The position numbers and the translations under genes are program-made. This document shows, one piece after another, positions 19,219 to 28,316 of a DNA stretch of 30,141 nucleotides. Numbering within the stretch: position 1 is the first letter of the stretch; the number at the start of each line of letters is the position of its first letter. The stretch comes from a virus (lineage: Duplodnaviria > Heunggongvirae > Uroviricota > Caudoviricetes), in IMG/VR virus record IMGVR_UViG_2703718856_000006, positions 1-30,141 of that record; one strand, written 5' to 3'. Below the pieces are notes generated by a model that was given only the letters and a program-made list of their open reading frames with translations, was not told the origin of the DNA and did no database searches.

Positions 19219-20718
19219 TTACTTTTTGCGCTGGCTTTCGGACGGTGGCGCGCCCGGTTCTTTGGCTTCGGCACTGGTGCCTCCTTTATCATTGGCGGGG
19301 TCGGTGTCAAACACCAGGCCCTGTTCACGGTTCTCGTCAACCTCAGCTTTACGGCGTGACTTAACATCATCCGGGTTGCGACCGCTGGCACGTATCCAGT
19401 CGGATTCAGTAGCAGCACCGCCGCGGATCTGCGTTTTCCAGGCATTCGCTTCTTTAACGGGATCAATCCACGGCATAACGGGCCCCGAATAAACCGCGTT
19501 ATAAAGCGAGTCCATATCAATGCCTCTCGGCAGCTTGATTTCTCCGGCAGCAATAGCCATCTTGAGCCAGGCTCGGTACATGGGCCGGGTCACTGAACCG
19601 ATGAACCAGTCCTGAAGAATCAGATAGCCGTCGGTTGACTCGACAAGCTCCTGCCGCTGGGCACTGTACGTTCCGTTGTAGTTTCTGGATGTGCTGGAAA
19701 AGCTGAGGCGACTGCCGGCGGACACGGCACGCAGCTGTCCGTTACGAAAAGATTCGAGGTTAGGGTTCGGGCGATCGGATTTAATCATCCCGATTTCTTC
19801 CCCGGCCTGCAGTTCGTCATAGAGCATACCGGGCTGAATCATCAGCTCGCGGTCATCGCTGCTTGAATCAGAATCGAAGCTCTGTCCGTCGCCTTTTTTG
19901 ATATACATGCCGAGTGCCGCAGCAATTCTGGCAGCAGTAAGCTCCGAGTCCTCGTATTCTTTCAGCGCGCTCAGACGCATCAGAACACCAGACAAAAGAG
20001 ACGTTCCGCGGGTCTGGTGCAGGCGTCGGGTGAATTTGAGATGCAGCATGTTCTCTGCATCTATCTCTTTGGTATCAAACTGACGCCCGGATACTGGCAG
20101 GCTTTTATAGACCTGATATTTTTTCGGGCGTCCCCAGTTATCGACAAAAACGCCCTGATTGAGCTGGGTGGCAGCATCGCTGTTCATCGGCACAAAGTCC
20201 GGCTCCAGCGCTTCCAGCCAGAACGGCACGCCAGCAACCGGCTGAAGACCATTTCCGGTACCGCGAACCAGCTGAGCAAATACCTCACCGTCCCGGAGCC
20301 ACGTTCGCAGCATCAGCCGCTCCAGCATTGGGCGGGTAAACTGGGTTGTGACATCTGGCCTTACGGACCATTCGCCCCACTTTCGGCGGATATCAGTGGC
20401 CAGCTTTTTAGCGATCTTCCCGTTACTCAGCATCGGATGCGGTTCAACTATGATGCCCTTCGCACCCACCACCCTTTCTTCCAGCTTGTCGAAAACGCCG
20501 ATCACCAGATCGTGGTTGTTATCCAGCCAGCGCGCCTGCTGCCTCAGCGAAACCGCCCCCATCTGGCTGAGCTGATCGGCTGAACGATTTTCCTTCTGGG
20601 CTTTGTGGGTACGCGTTTGCTTTACCGCCTCATACGCTTTAATAACTGCGCGGGCACGCAGGCGTGAGGCTTTCCAGCCTGGTGAAAACAGGCCAATCGC
20701 ATCATCTAAAAAACTCAT
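19219..20718 (-). CDS. B: Portal protein (lambda B-like)
   Basis: 499 aa between W and the protease-capsid gene; size, position and acidic C-terminus fit a lambda-type portal. Confidence 0.8.
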   Translation of the reverse strand: MSFLDDAIGLFSPGWKASRLRARAVIKAYEAVKQTRTHKAQKENRSADQLSQMGAVSLRQQARWLDNNHDLVIGVFDKLEERVVGAKGIIVEPHPMLSNGKIAKKLATDIRRKWGEWSVRPDVTTQFTRPMLERLMLRTWLRDGEVFAQLVRGTGNGLQPVAGVPFWLEALEPDFVPMNSDAATQLNQGVFVDNWGRPKKYQVYKSLPVSGRQFDTKEIDAENMLHLKFTRRLHQTRGTSLLSGVLMRLSALKEYEDSELTAARIAAALGMYIKKGDGQSFDSDSSSDDRELMIQPGMLYDELQAGEEIGMIKSDRPNPNLESFRNGQLRAVSAGSRLSFSSTSRNYNGTYSAQRQELVESTDGYLILQDWFIGSVTRPMYRAWLKMAIAAGEIKLPRGIDMDSLYNAVYSGPVMPWIDPVKEANAWKTQIRGGAATESDWIRASGRNPDDVKSRRKAEVDENREQGLVFDTDPANDKGGTSAEAKEPGAPPSESQRKK

Positions 20719-20906
20719 CCAAACCTCGCCAGCCTGTAGCCGGGTCGCCCACGGCGTTTGTTATTGAGCGTTGCCAGTCGTCGCTCCCATTCCTGACGGC
20801 CTTTTCTGATTTCCGACAGGTTTTCGAGCGTCATCTGCTGCCCGTTGAAAGTGATTGATTTCCCCTCCAGAACAGACAGCTCGGCTGCAGCATAGCGGTC
20901 GATCAT
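20715..20906 (-). CDS. W: Head-tail joining protein W-like
   Basis: Start taken at MIDRYAAAELS, after the terminase stop (track ORF starts at 20954). About 63 aa, similar to lambda gpW. Confidence 0.65.
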   Translation of the reverse strand: MIDRYAAAELSVLEGKSITFNGQQMTLENLSEIRKGRQEWERRLATLNNKRRGRPGYRLARFG

Positions 20907-20926
20907 GTTTTGAATATCTGCTGGAT

Positions 20927-23029
20927 TCACACCCAACCTCCTGACGAAGACCACGGATTAGCCTGCTCGGTTACGGGCTTCTCACGTTTTGGTTTTGGTT
21001 TAGATTTCGGCGCAGGCGGCGGGGATGGCATTTCGCCAGCTTCCGTCTGCGTGTCCTCGATCCACGTTTCCCGCCGTGCCCACTCAGGAGCTGACGGCCA
21101 TTTGATTTTTTCGTAACCACTAAGGATGGCGAGCGCGTCGGCATAAACGAGCAGGTCAAATGCTTCGTTTGCGCCCCGGCCGGGCTTACTCCATTTCCCT
21201 TCATTCGAGCGTTCCTCATACGTCAGTTCGTCATAGAACCAGCTGCCCAGCCAGGCGGGGAAATGCACATAGCCAGGGCCGGGTGAATCACGCCACAGCG
21301 CATTATTCACCCGGTCTTTAAGGGCATCGGTCTGGAGAAGATAAAGAGGCACATCACCAGTCGCCTGTGCGCGGCGCGTTGATCTGCCCGTGTTGTCGGG
21401 AAACGTTCGCTGGATAAGTTTGCTGCGCCTGACGCTGTCCCCTTTGAAGAGATAGATACGCTTACCCAGCCCCTCACGGCGACATCTGCGCCAGAACTTG
21501 TAGGCATTATCCGTCACGCCATCTTCGCCCCCTGAGTCCACGGCCATCGACATCAGCCGCATGCCCTTTGATGGGTCAGCTGCGAGCGGCCACGTTTTAT
21601 CAAAGACGTCAGTGAGTAAAAGATCCCAGTCCTCCGGATAGCTCGCCGGATCCACCTGAATGCTTTCACCGTTGCCGTCGCAGCGCAGCGAATGCCGGAT
21701 GTTGTAACGGTCAACTATCCAGCGCTCACCCATACTTCCATAACCCGTAATCTGCACAACAAAGCGCCGGTTGCGCCCGGCCTGCACGTCCACGGTCGCA
21801 GTGAGAAACTGCACGCCGTTCGGTACCGAACGTTTTGGGACGTCTTCGGCACGCTGCTCGAGCAATTCACTTTTACGCTGCTCCATGCTGGCTCGCGGCA
21901 AATAGGGCCTGCCGAAATCGGTGTTGATCACCGTCTTCAGGGTTTCTTCGCTGCGCGTGGATTCATATTCCTGCTCGGCGGTCAGAAACTTATAAATAAG
22001 CTGCGCCCAGGTCTGGTAAGCAGCTGCCGGACCTTCCATCCAGAAGGAGGCAATACGGGAACGACGGCCATCACCGCTAACCAGGCCTTTCCTGTCGATG
22101 GTTTGCCCGTCCCGGAGCCAGACACATTTCATGTTAAGCGCACGCTTCATGTCCGGTGTGATCCTGCCTTTACAGGCAGGGCACTGAAGAAACGCCGCTT
22201 CGCTGGCAAGCACAGGATCGCTGCTGTCGCGGTATCCGGTCATATTGTCCATTTCCGGCTGGAAATATTCGCCGCAATGCGGGCATGGCCAGTAAAGACG
22301 ACGGCGGTCACCACGGTTATAGAGCGATAAAATTCCGGTGGTCGGAGGGGCTTCATGGGGCGTGGAGCGCCGCCATTTTGTGTCTCTGATATCCCTCCCG
22401 GGCGAGCTCTCAACCAGCGTCATCCCGGAGGACATGAATGTCGTGGTTCGTTTCGATGCCAGTGAAAAAGCATCCCCCTCCCCGTCGATATCTTCCGGAA
22501 AGCGGTCATAATCCGTCAGCGCCACACTTTTATAGTCCGAGGACGACATGATATTGACGGATGGCCAGCCCAGCTTCAGATAGTTACCGGCGCGGAATGT
22601 ACGGTCGTAGACGTTGTTATCGTTACGTCTTGGGCTTAGCCGGGTTTTAACTTCAGGGCTACAGCGAAAAGTACGGTCCAGGCGTTTTTTGGAATGCTCG
22701 CGCGCTTTTTCCTCAGATACCTGAATTACAAGCATATCTGCCGGATCGCAGACAATGTTATAAACGATCCAGCCGTCAATCAGCCCGATGGTTTTACCCG
22801 TTCGCGCTGGGCCCACAAACACAACCGCATCGTATTCACGCGATGCCAGACAGTTCATCGGCTCAATCACATAGGGTGCCAGATCCGGATCCCACGGAAC
22901 TGAGTTTCCCGCCCCCATTGGCACGCGCATATAAGTACTGACCGCATCGGCCACCGGCATACGACGCGGGGCTCGTAAAATACCGGAAACATCGCGGCGG
23001 ATGTCCCTGGCGGATGCCCGCTTTGCCAT
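20927..23029 (-). CDS. A: Terminase large subunit (lambda gpA-like)
   Basis: 700 aa with Walker A-like VFVGPARTGKT and cysteine pairs (CPHCGEY, CPACKG) seen in gpA-type terminases; follows the small subunit. Confidence 0.9.
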   Translation of the reverse strand: MAKRASARDIRRDVSGILRAPRRMPVADAVSTYMRVPMGAGNSVPWDPDLAPYVIEPMNCLASREYDAVVFVGPARTGKTIGLIDGWIVYNIVCDPADMLVIQVSEEKAREHSKKRLDRTFRCSPEVKTRLSPRRNDNNVYDRTFRAGNYLKLGWPSVNIMSSSDYKSVALTDYDRFPEDIDGEGDAFSLASKRTTTFMSSGMTLVESSPGRDIRDTKWRRSTPHEAPPTTGILSLYNRGDRRRLYWPCPHCGEYFQPEMDNMTGYRDSSDPVLASEAAFLQCPACKGRITPDMKRALNMKCVWLRDGQTIDRKGLVSGDGRRSRIASFWMEGPAAAYQTWAQLIYKFLTAEQEYESTRSEETLKTVINTDFGRPYLPRASMEQRKSELLEQRAEDVPKRSVPNGVQFLTATVDVQAGRNRRFVVQITGYGSMGERWIVDRYNIRHSLRCDGNGESIQVDPASYPEDWDLLLTDVFDKTWPLAADPSKGMRLMSMAVDSGGEDGVTDNAYKFWRRCRREGLGKRIYLFKGDSVRRSKLIQRTFPDNTGRSTRRAQATGDVPLYLLQTDALKDRVNNALWRDSPGPGYVHFPAWLGSWFYDELTYEERSNEGKWSKPGRGANEAFDLLVYADALAILSGYEKIKWPSAPEWARRETWIEDTQTEAGEMPSPPPAPKSKPKPKREKPVTEQANPWSSSGGWV

Positions 23030-23529
23030 CAGTCCTCCTCAGGCTGCTCCTCCTCTTTTCCAGCGTCCTGCACCTTCTCCGCCATCTGGTCGCGCAGATC
23101 ATCGATAACGCTTTGCACACGAACTACCGCAGCAGGCGTTAAAGCACAGTCGCGCTCGAGCACATCCGGGAGGGTTTCAAGTACCATGACGACGGCTTTC
23201 GCCATCAATGAGAATTCTCGCGCCACTTCATCTGCGGGTATTAACTGCCCCGTATCCTGTTCGAACTTCAGCCTCTCGTTCTCTGCTTTCCAGTGGGACA
23301 GCCTGTCAGAAGGGGGCATATCGTCGATGTTGGCCGAAACGGTAGGGATCATCAGTTCGGTCAGAATGTCGGTCACCAGATAGAGCTTTAACTTGCTATT
23401 GCTGCCTGGAGCAGGTTCAACATTTTTCAGTCTCGCGGCAACCGTCTGACGGTGTACGCCGGTTATCCCTGCCAGCTGGTTGATATTGAGTTTTAAAGTG
23501 GCAATTTCCTGGTCCATGATGGTGAACAC
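23029..23529 (-). CDS. nu1: Terminase small subunit (Nu1-like)
   Basis: N-terminal HTH (LNINQLAGITGVHRQTVAARL) and acidic C-terminus; directly downstream of the cos-like site. Confidence 0.8.
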   Translation of the reverse strand: MFTIMDQEIATLKLNINQLAGITGVHRQTVAARLKNVEPAPGSNSKLKLYLVTDILTELMIPTVSANIDDMPPSDRLSHWKAENERLKFEQDTGQLIPADEVAREFSLMAKAVVMVLETLPDVLERDCALTPAAVVRVQSVIDDLRDQMAEKVQDAGKEEEQPEED

Positions 23530-23624
23530 TTTTTGAACGATTCGACATGTTGCGAAAATGGCCTCTAATTAAATCAAAGACCTGCGCACATGATGATGAT
23601 GACCCTGGATCCGAAAAACTAGCC

Positions 23625-23650
23625 GTTTCCCGCGAGCGCGCCGCCCCGTG
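23625..23650 (-). other. cosN-like cohesive-end site
   Basis: Minus strand ACGGGGCGGCGCGCTCGCGGG versus lambda ACGGGGCGGCGACCTCGCGGG (from memory): 19 of 21 identical, about 100 bp upstream of the nu1-like start. Confidence 0.55.
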
Positions 23651-23754
23651 GTAGGCAACCCCGCCGGGAGGACCCATAAGAAAACACAGGTCCGACCGCC
23701 GTTTTGAATTCTCTTCTAAACGACTCTAGTTTGATTTGAGTATGCAATACGCGT

Positions 23755-23779
23755 AAAAAAGCCCCGCATAGGCGAGGCT
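23755..23779 (-). terminator. Rho-independent terminator after the peptidase cargo gene
   Basis: Minus-strand RNA AGCCUCGC-CUAU-GCGGGGCU (8-bp stem, one G-U) followed by U6, about 20 nt after the peptidase stop. Confidence 0.6.
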
Positions 23780-23797
23780 GGAATCAGACAGGGGGGA

Positions 23798-24700
23798 TTA
23801 AGACTGGATATTCCAAATCATTGCGTTACCGTTATGATTTTCAATGATTTTTGCCAGTGGTGCTCCACCAAAAGAATGCATGTAGCTGTGATGTATAGTC
23901 AAAACCAAATCTTGAAGTACTTGATCACTTTCAAGTTCGGTAACATTCAACCCAATTTTCTGCGCCTTATCAAAATGAATATGACGCGAGTGGGTATAGG
24001 TTGTGTGATGGTTGTTTAACTCTGAACAAACATGTGTTGCTTTTGATTCTGCCTCAGGATCATTATCAAACATGCCTGTCATAAGCCAATGCTTAACAAT
24101 CTCATTTGCCCATTTGATTGCTTTCTCACACTCGCCGATGATCGTCGGGTTTAGCTTTTGAAGAATGAACTGCCACATCTGAACAGCTGCGGGATTTTGA
24201 AAAATTTCCGTCTGCGCACGATTCCATTCTTCAATGATGGCATGGGTGGAGAAACCGTTGAACTGAGGATCAATTGGGCCAATGTTGGACTGTTTACCCA
24301 TGATGATTTCATTGGCACAACATGCAAGCATAGTTCCGCAGGACATTGAAATCATAGGAACAATTGCTCTGATGTTAGTTCCAAACTTCGACCTTAAGTA
24401 ATGCCCGATTGATTCCAAAGCGGCAATATCACCACCTGGAGTATGAAGTATCAAATCCAACCCTTTTGATACATCTAAACCATTGATGGCTGTCATCAAC
24501 CCGTTCTTATCATCATCAGTCATCTGAGTAAGATGGCGTACTTCTGCACCACCATGCTGTAACCACCCTGAGTAATATGTGATTACATTTCTTCCAGTAT
24601 GATTCGAAAGTTGAGATAAGTATTTACGGCGAACCTCATCCATAGGACTTTTATGGGCGAGAGCCGTTATCTCGCCCAGTACGTCGCTCCAATTAGGCAT
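23798..24700 (-). CDS. ClpP/crotonase-fold serine peptidase (S49/SppA/SDH-like), cargo gene
   Basis: 300 aa with ILHTPGGDIAALESIGHYLR and PMISMSCGTMLACCANEI. AT-rich, unlike neighbouring phage genes. Sits between the lysis cassette and cos. Confidence 0.6.
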   Translation of the reverse strand: MPNWSDVLGEITALAHKSPMDEVRRKYLSQLSNHTGRNVITYYSGWLQHGGAEVRHLTQMTDDDKNGLMTAINGLDVSKGLDLILHTPGGDIAALESIGHYLRSKFGTNIRAIVPMISMSCGTMLACCANEIIMGKQSNIGPIDPQFNGFSTHAIIEEWNRAQTEIFQNPAAVQMWQFILQKLNPTIIGECEKAIKWANEIVKHWLMTGMFDNDPEAESKATHVCSELNNHHTTYTHSRHIHFDKAQKIGLNVTELESDQVLQDLVLTIHHSYMHSFGGAPLAKIIENHNGNAMIWNIQS

Positions 24701-24703
24701 AAA

Positions 24704-24904
24704 TCAGTACGTGTAAAGTTGATGACTTGTAGTTTGGTTTTGCTTCGATTGTGTAGCGGTACCTTGTGAGTACCAAACACCTGTGTTTCCACTCGTACTA
24801 GTTTGCTGTGCCATTACACGAGAAGCGAAGTTGTTAACAGTTTCACCAGTCAACATTTCTGCCGGTTTGATATTGTAAACATCGTAGAACTCAGCTGGGG
24901 TCAT
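24704..24904 (-). CDS. Small hypothetical protein (66 aa) co-transcribed with the peptidase
   Basis: Strong RBS (AAGGAG, 8 nt before ATG); stop is 3 bp before the peptidase start; Thr/Ser/Gln-rich C-terminus. Confidence 0.5.
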   Translation of the reverse strand: MTPAEFYDVYNIKPAEMLTGETVNNFASRVMAQQTSTSGNTGVWYSQGTATQSKQNQTTSHQLYTY

Positions 24905-24960
24905 AATGATAGCTCCTTTTATAGCGCTACATATAGTGCCTGTGCCAAGGGGGACATACT
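24905..24960 (-). promoter_or_regulatory. Putative promoter of the cargo cassette
   Basis: Minus strand TTGGCA - 19 nt - TATAAA upstream of the RBS; spacer is longer than optimal. Confidence 0.3.
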
Positions 24961-24992
24961 ATATGTGCCATTGTTGTCATATTTAAATGTGC

Positions 24993-25011
24993 AAAAAGCC
25001 TCAAAAGAGGC
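24993..25011 (-). terminator. Possible weak terminator between Rz and the cargo cassette
   Basis: Minus-strand GCCUC-UUUU-GAGGC followed by UUUUU, in a ~250-bp AT-rich non-coding stretch. Confidence 0.35.
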
Positions 25012-25274
25012 TTGAAAAAGATGCAAAAATACTATCTATGACGTGACTATAGCTACTTACCCACAGTTTATACAAGCCAAAAATGCTAAATTCAGATAAT
25101 CCTATTCGCTGAAAAACTACACAAAAGCTACGTTCATCTTGTCATTAGATAACGTCAGTAACTTTCACTGGATCTAAGCCATTGGTGAAAAAGCTAATTG
25201 CATGATGAAGCACTGTAATGTAGCAGTTGAGGTTGTTAAATGAGAATCACCCTAACAATGTCAACGGACATTAT

Positions 25275-25811
25275 TCATTTTCGTAACTTCTCAATCTCTC
25301 GTATACCCGCCAGGTTATTGTTGCCCTTCTCAATAACAGCCAGCAAAGGTTCAATCCAGAGGACGGCCTGGCAATACGTCATTGAGCTGGCGGCAGCGGT
25401 ACTATCATCGGTTGCGTTAGTGTTCCCGGTATCGGGGTGCATTGCGCTGGCACGTAAACGGTACGCGTATTTGAGCAGCCCACCAGCGACATCAGCAGGA
25501 ACAGGCAGATCACAGGTCTTTTCACGTCGGAGAATCTCCCGGTATTCGATGACAGTTTTCTCAGTACCGGCATCGATCAGCGAGTTAAGGCGGTTGGCGT
25601 TCTCTGCTATCTGGTTAAACCGATTGAAGTTGAAAGCCTGTGTAGTTATCACCGTCGCCTGCAGCGCGTTATCATTACGTAATACCCGATTCTCACTCTG
25701 TTCTGTTTCAAGAGCTGAGCGGCTACGAACCAGTAATACGCTAAGCACTGCAATAATGATTACGACAGCCACCAGCAGAACCGCAACAATCGTAATTTTT
25801 CTGGGTTTCAT
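25275..25811 (-). CDS. Rz: Rz-like inner-membrane spanin
   Basis: N-terminal transmembrane helix (ITIVAVLLVAVVIIIAVLSVLLV) followed by a helical periplasmic domain; directly follows the endolysin. Confidence 0.8.
   Translation of the reverse strand: MKPRKITIVAVLLVAVVIIIAVLSVLLVRSRSALETEQSENRVLRNDNALQATVITTQAFNFNRFNQIAENANRLNSLIDAGTEKTVIEYREILRREKTCDLPVPADVAGGLLKYAYRLRASAMHPDTGNTNATDDSTAAASSMTYCQAVLWIEPLLAVIEKGNNNLAGIREIEKLRK
25379..25525 (-). CDS. Rz1: Rz1-like outer-membrane lipoprotein spanin, embedded in Rz
   Basis: Lies inside Rz in another frame; lipobox LVGC then proline-rich mature part (CSNTRTVYVPAQCTPIPGTLTQPMIVPLPPAQ). Start uncertain (track ORF begins at 25573). Confidence 0.7.
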   Translation of the reverse strand: MKRPVICLFLLMSLVGCSNTRTVYVPAQCTPIPGTLTQPMIVPLPPAQ

Positions 25812-26383
25812 CAGAATACCCCCGGAACTGATACCGGAATGCCAGGGTTAAGCGGCCCGAGTCCATCCCCCAGAACCTGAGGTTTCTCTGCCCACAGGCA
25901 AACTTCACGCTCAATCTCACGCCTCGTGATTAAACCCTTCCACTGTTTGTCACCAGCATAGATCCAGCGCCGCAGTTGTTCGCATGCGCCTTTCGAATCA
26001 CCCTGGTTGATTTTTCGTAACAGTGTGGAGGTTTTGAAGTTTCCCGCGCCTACGTTATACGCAAATGAGTACAGCGCCCCTCTCATCGTTTCGGGGATCG
26101 GAGCATTGATATATGGGTTAATCTGTCGGGCGACAATATTCAGGTCTTTATCCAGCAGCGCCTGGCACTCTGCTTTGGTGTAGGTCTTGCCGAGGATAAT
26201 ATCTTTACCAGTATGGCCCCAGCATACAGTCCACACTCCAACAACATCCCGATAAGGCTGATAGCGTACACCTTCAAGGCCATCATTACCCGTTGGGCCA
26301 GTAATCAACGCCGCAGCGATAGCAATAGCGCCAGCGGGTATCGCTGCAATAACGCTATTCTTCAGCTTTGGTGGCATAGCCAT
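25811..26383 (-). CDS. R: SAR endolysin (phage 21 R-like lysozyme)
   Basis: N-terminal signal-anchor-release segment ([26 protein letters not shown]) and lysozyme core closely similar to phage 21 R as recalled; about 25 extra C-terminal residues. Confidence 0.85.
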   Translation of the reverse strand: MAMPPKLKNSVIAAIPAGAIAIAAALITGPTGNDGLEGVRYQPYRDVVGVWTVCWGHTGKDIILGKTYTKAECQALLDKDLNIVARQINPYINAPIPETMRGALYSFAYNVGAGNFKTSTLLRKINQGDSKGACEQLRRWIYAGDKQWKGLITRREIEREVCLWAEKPQVLGDGLGPLNPGIPVSVPGVF

Positions 26384-26633
26384 TGCGCCGATCCTCCCGT
26401 TCTTTCCAGCGGAAATACCAGTTCACTGCACAGGTAATAACAGTGCATGCGATACCGACAATAATTGCCCAGTCGCTCAGGCTTAACCCTGCAATTCTGT
26501 CGGCCAACATCCAGGACACCTCTTTTGCTGTTTTAGCTGTTTCGGCATATGCCTTCGCTGATACACCGCAGCCGGTCAGCGTGGTTCCTGTTCCATATGA
26601 AAGTCTGCTGTAAATGGTGCTCATTCTGGTCAT
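26355..26633 (-). CDS. S: Pinholin (phage 21 S-like)
   Basis: [31 protein letters not shown] resembles the S21 second TMD and C-terminus; strong RBS GGAGGTGA; overlaps the endolysin start. Confidence 0.75.
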   Translation of the reverse strand: MTRMSTIYSRLSYGTGTTLTGCGVSAKAYAETAKTAKEVSWMLADRIAGLSLSDWAIIVGIACTVITCAVNWYFRWKEREDRRNGYATKAEE

Positions 26634-26838
26634 AGCCTCACCTCCGATTTTTCGGATGGCGCTGTGTGTGTTTGAAAAGGGTCAGGCTTCACGGGCTGGA
26701 TTTATCAACAAAGCACGTAGCGGATGATTCCCGTGAGCCTGAAATTGATGAATATGTCTGAAATAACTAGACCATTAGTAAAACAACTCGATAAATGTGG
26801 TTAAATGAGACTACGTTCTCACAACTTAATTAGTACCA

Positions 26839-27009
26839 ATGATTATCAAGCCCTGCCCCTACTGCGGAAAGTTAATTAACCCAGAATCACTTGTGTGTAG
26901 CCACTGCCGGATAGTGAATCCTTTTGTGAAGGCCAGCAGAAGAGAAAAAGCGAAGAATGTATTAGTAATCGCTCTCGTTGCTGCTTTTTTAATTTGGATG
27001 ATTCTCTGA
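26839..27009 (+). CDS. Putative small zinc-ribbon membrane protein (56 aa), antisense to the late operon
   Basis: Hand translation: MIIKPCPYCGKLINPESLVCSHCRIVNPFVKASRREKAKNVLVIALVAAFLIWMIL. CPYC...CSHC plus a hydrophobic C-terminal helix. No clear Shine-Dalgarno; below the ORF-track length cutoff. Confidence 0.3.
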   Translation: MIIKPCPYCGKLINPESLVCSHCRIVNPFVKASRREKAKNVLVIALVAAFLIWMIL

Positions 27010-27040
27010 GTTGCCAGTTTTCAATGAAGATAATGCGGGC

Positions 27041-27067
27041 AAAAAAAGCCTGCTCGGACGAACAGGC
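27041..27067 (-). terminator. Rho-independent terminator in late leader (distal)
   Basis: Minus-strand GCCUGUUC-GUCC-GAGCAGGC (8-bp stem, one G-U) followed by U7. Confidence 0.65.
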
Positions 27068-27377
27068 ATGAAAAATAACAATACCGTCAAGGAGGTGGCG
27101 CCGGGTGCCTCCCGGTGGAACAGCCCCAGCCGACTAGTTCCGCGCAAACAAACCTGGACAAAAAAGTTTGACTGGTCGCCCCTCCGCATAGGGGGATTCA
27201 CCACACGAATAGATTAACAACATGTTAATTTTCTGGTCAATAAGATATAAGCAAATGATGACATGCAGTTTTCTTATTGCTGAGTAACTTCAATCTGGTT
27301 CAGGGCTCTGCGCGGAAGGGCTTTGACGTGTCGTGCAGCACGTCTCTACCCAAGAGCCCTGACCGGATCGCAGGCAT

Positions 27378-27404
27378 AAAAAAGCCCCGGCGGATTGCCG
27401 AGGC
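27378..27404 (-). terminator. Rho-independent terminator in late leader (proximal, tR'-like)
   Basis: Minus-strand GCCUCGGC-AAUCC-GCCGGGGC (8-bp stem, one G-U) followed by U6, about 80-100 nt downstream of the putative late promoter. Confidence 0.65.
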
Positions 27405-27481
27405 TAATTTTACAAACTGGTATATGACTATCATCTTCATGCCGCCACTTAAAGTTAAGGCAGCATATCAAAGTAGACTCA

Positions 27482-27510
27482 AATATGACGTATTTAATTG
27501 ACTTTTGCAA
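27482..27510 (-). promoter_or_regulatory. Putative late promoter (PR'-like) overlapping the Q 3' end
   Basis: Minus strand TTGCAA - 17 nt - CATATT; position matches lambda PR'/qut. Weak motif match. Confidence 0.3.
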
Positions 27511-28183
27511 GACCCTGCTGCGAAAAAGTCGCTTTTTGTTGTGATCGTGTTCTCACAGCACAGAGAAGAGAGTCGCTATCAAGCCGCTTAAAAATGGCGC
27601 ACATAGCCCGCCAGTAATCAGCGTAGTTATGGCACCAGTTATCAGGCTTAACGCCACACAGGGCTGCAAGGTCCTGGTGCTGATATACATACTTACCCGC
27701 CAGCTCTGCTTTCACGTCCTGTGCCGCCAGCCATATCAGTTTCTTCAGCCGCTCCATCGTCTTGCCGGCCACTTTCTTAGCGCCGAGTTGATCACGGAAT
27801 TCTTCCCATGCCCACTGTGTTATCGCTACCTGATACTCAAAGCGGATATTGTCGCTGTAGTTCCACAGCAACCAGGATTTCTGGTGGTCTTCCAGCGACA
27901 GGAGGGCGCGGCGCCAGCTGGCTGTCGAGTATTCAACGGGCAGAACGAGAGCGATTGAGGAACCCTTAGCGCGGGACTGGCTGCCGCTCATCGGCGGTCC
28001 ATCCGGGTTAACCATTTTTTGCTTCACCTCGCTATACACCTTCTTCCGGCCACGGCTGCGCGCCGTAGCGGTAAATTGCGCGTTCTCTGCAAAAGCTACC
28101 AGTTGCCCTTTCGTCGCACCACTCAGATCGGCGGTGGCCACTATCAGCTGCTGGCGAACAAATTCCAAGTATTGAGCTGTCAT
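27494..28183 (-). CDS. Late-gene antitermination protein Q-like
   Basis: 229-aa protein immediately upstream of the late promoter/terminator and lysis genes, downstream of rusA. Assignment is positional plus general resemblance; no motif verified. Confidence 0.6.
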   Translation of the reverse strand: MTAQYLEFVRQQLIVATADLSGATKGQLVAFAENAQFTATARSRGRKKVYSEVKQKMVNPDGPPMSGSQSRAKGSSIALVLPVEYSTASWRRALLSLEDHQKSWLLWNYSDNIRFEYQVAITQWAWEEFRDQLGAKKVAGKTMERLKKLIWLAAQDVKAELAGKYVYQHQDLAALCGVKPDNWCHNYADYWRAMCAIFKRLDSDSLLCAVRTRSQQKATFSQQGLAKVN

Positions 28184-28316
28184 GCTGCTTCTCCCAGGCG
28201 CTTATAGATACGGACGAAATTGCGTAATATTTTGTAGTCGACCAGCACGGTGCCGCGGCTACGCAGGAGGCGAAGCTTTTGCCAGCGGTCGCGGATGCGT
28301 TCGATAACGTCACGGC

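Noticed and set aside
19219-19553. ORF-track start at 19553 for the protease-capsid gene, giving 764 aa
   Set aside because: That extension overlaps the portal gene in another frame and is basic and low-complexity; the ATG at 19205 (MQASNNSEADIF) just after the portal stop is far more plausible.
26640-27493. tRNA genes between Q and the holin, as found in some lambdoid and Stx phages
   Set aside because: No T-loop (GGTTCGAATCC-like) motif or cloverleaf found by eye on either strand; the structures present are terminator hairpins. A tRNAscan run would settle it.
28032-28313. 93-aa ORF between rusA and Q
   Set aside because: More than half overlaps the Q start in another frame. A short ylcG-like gene in the 28190-28313 gap is possible but unsupported.
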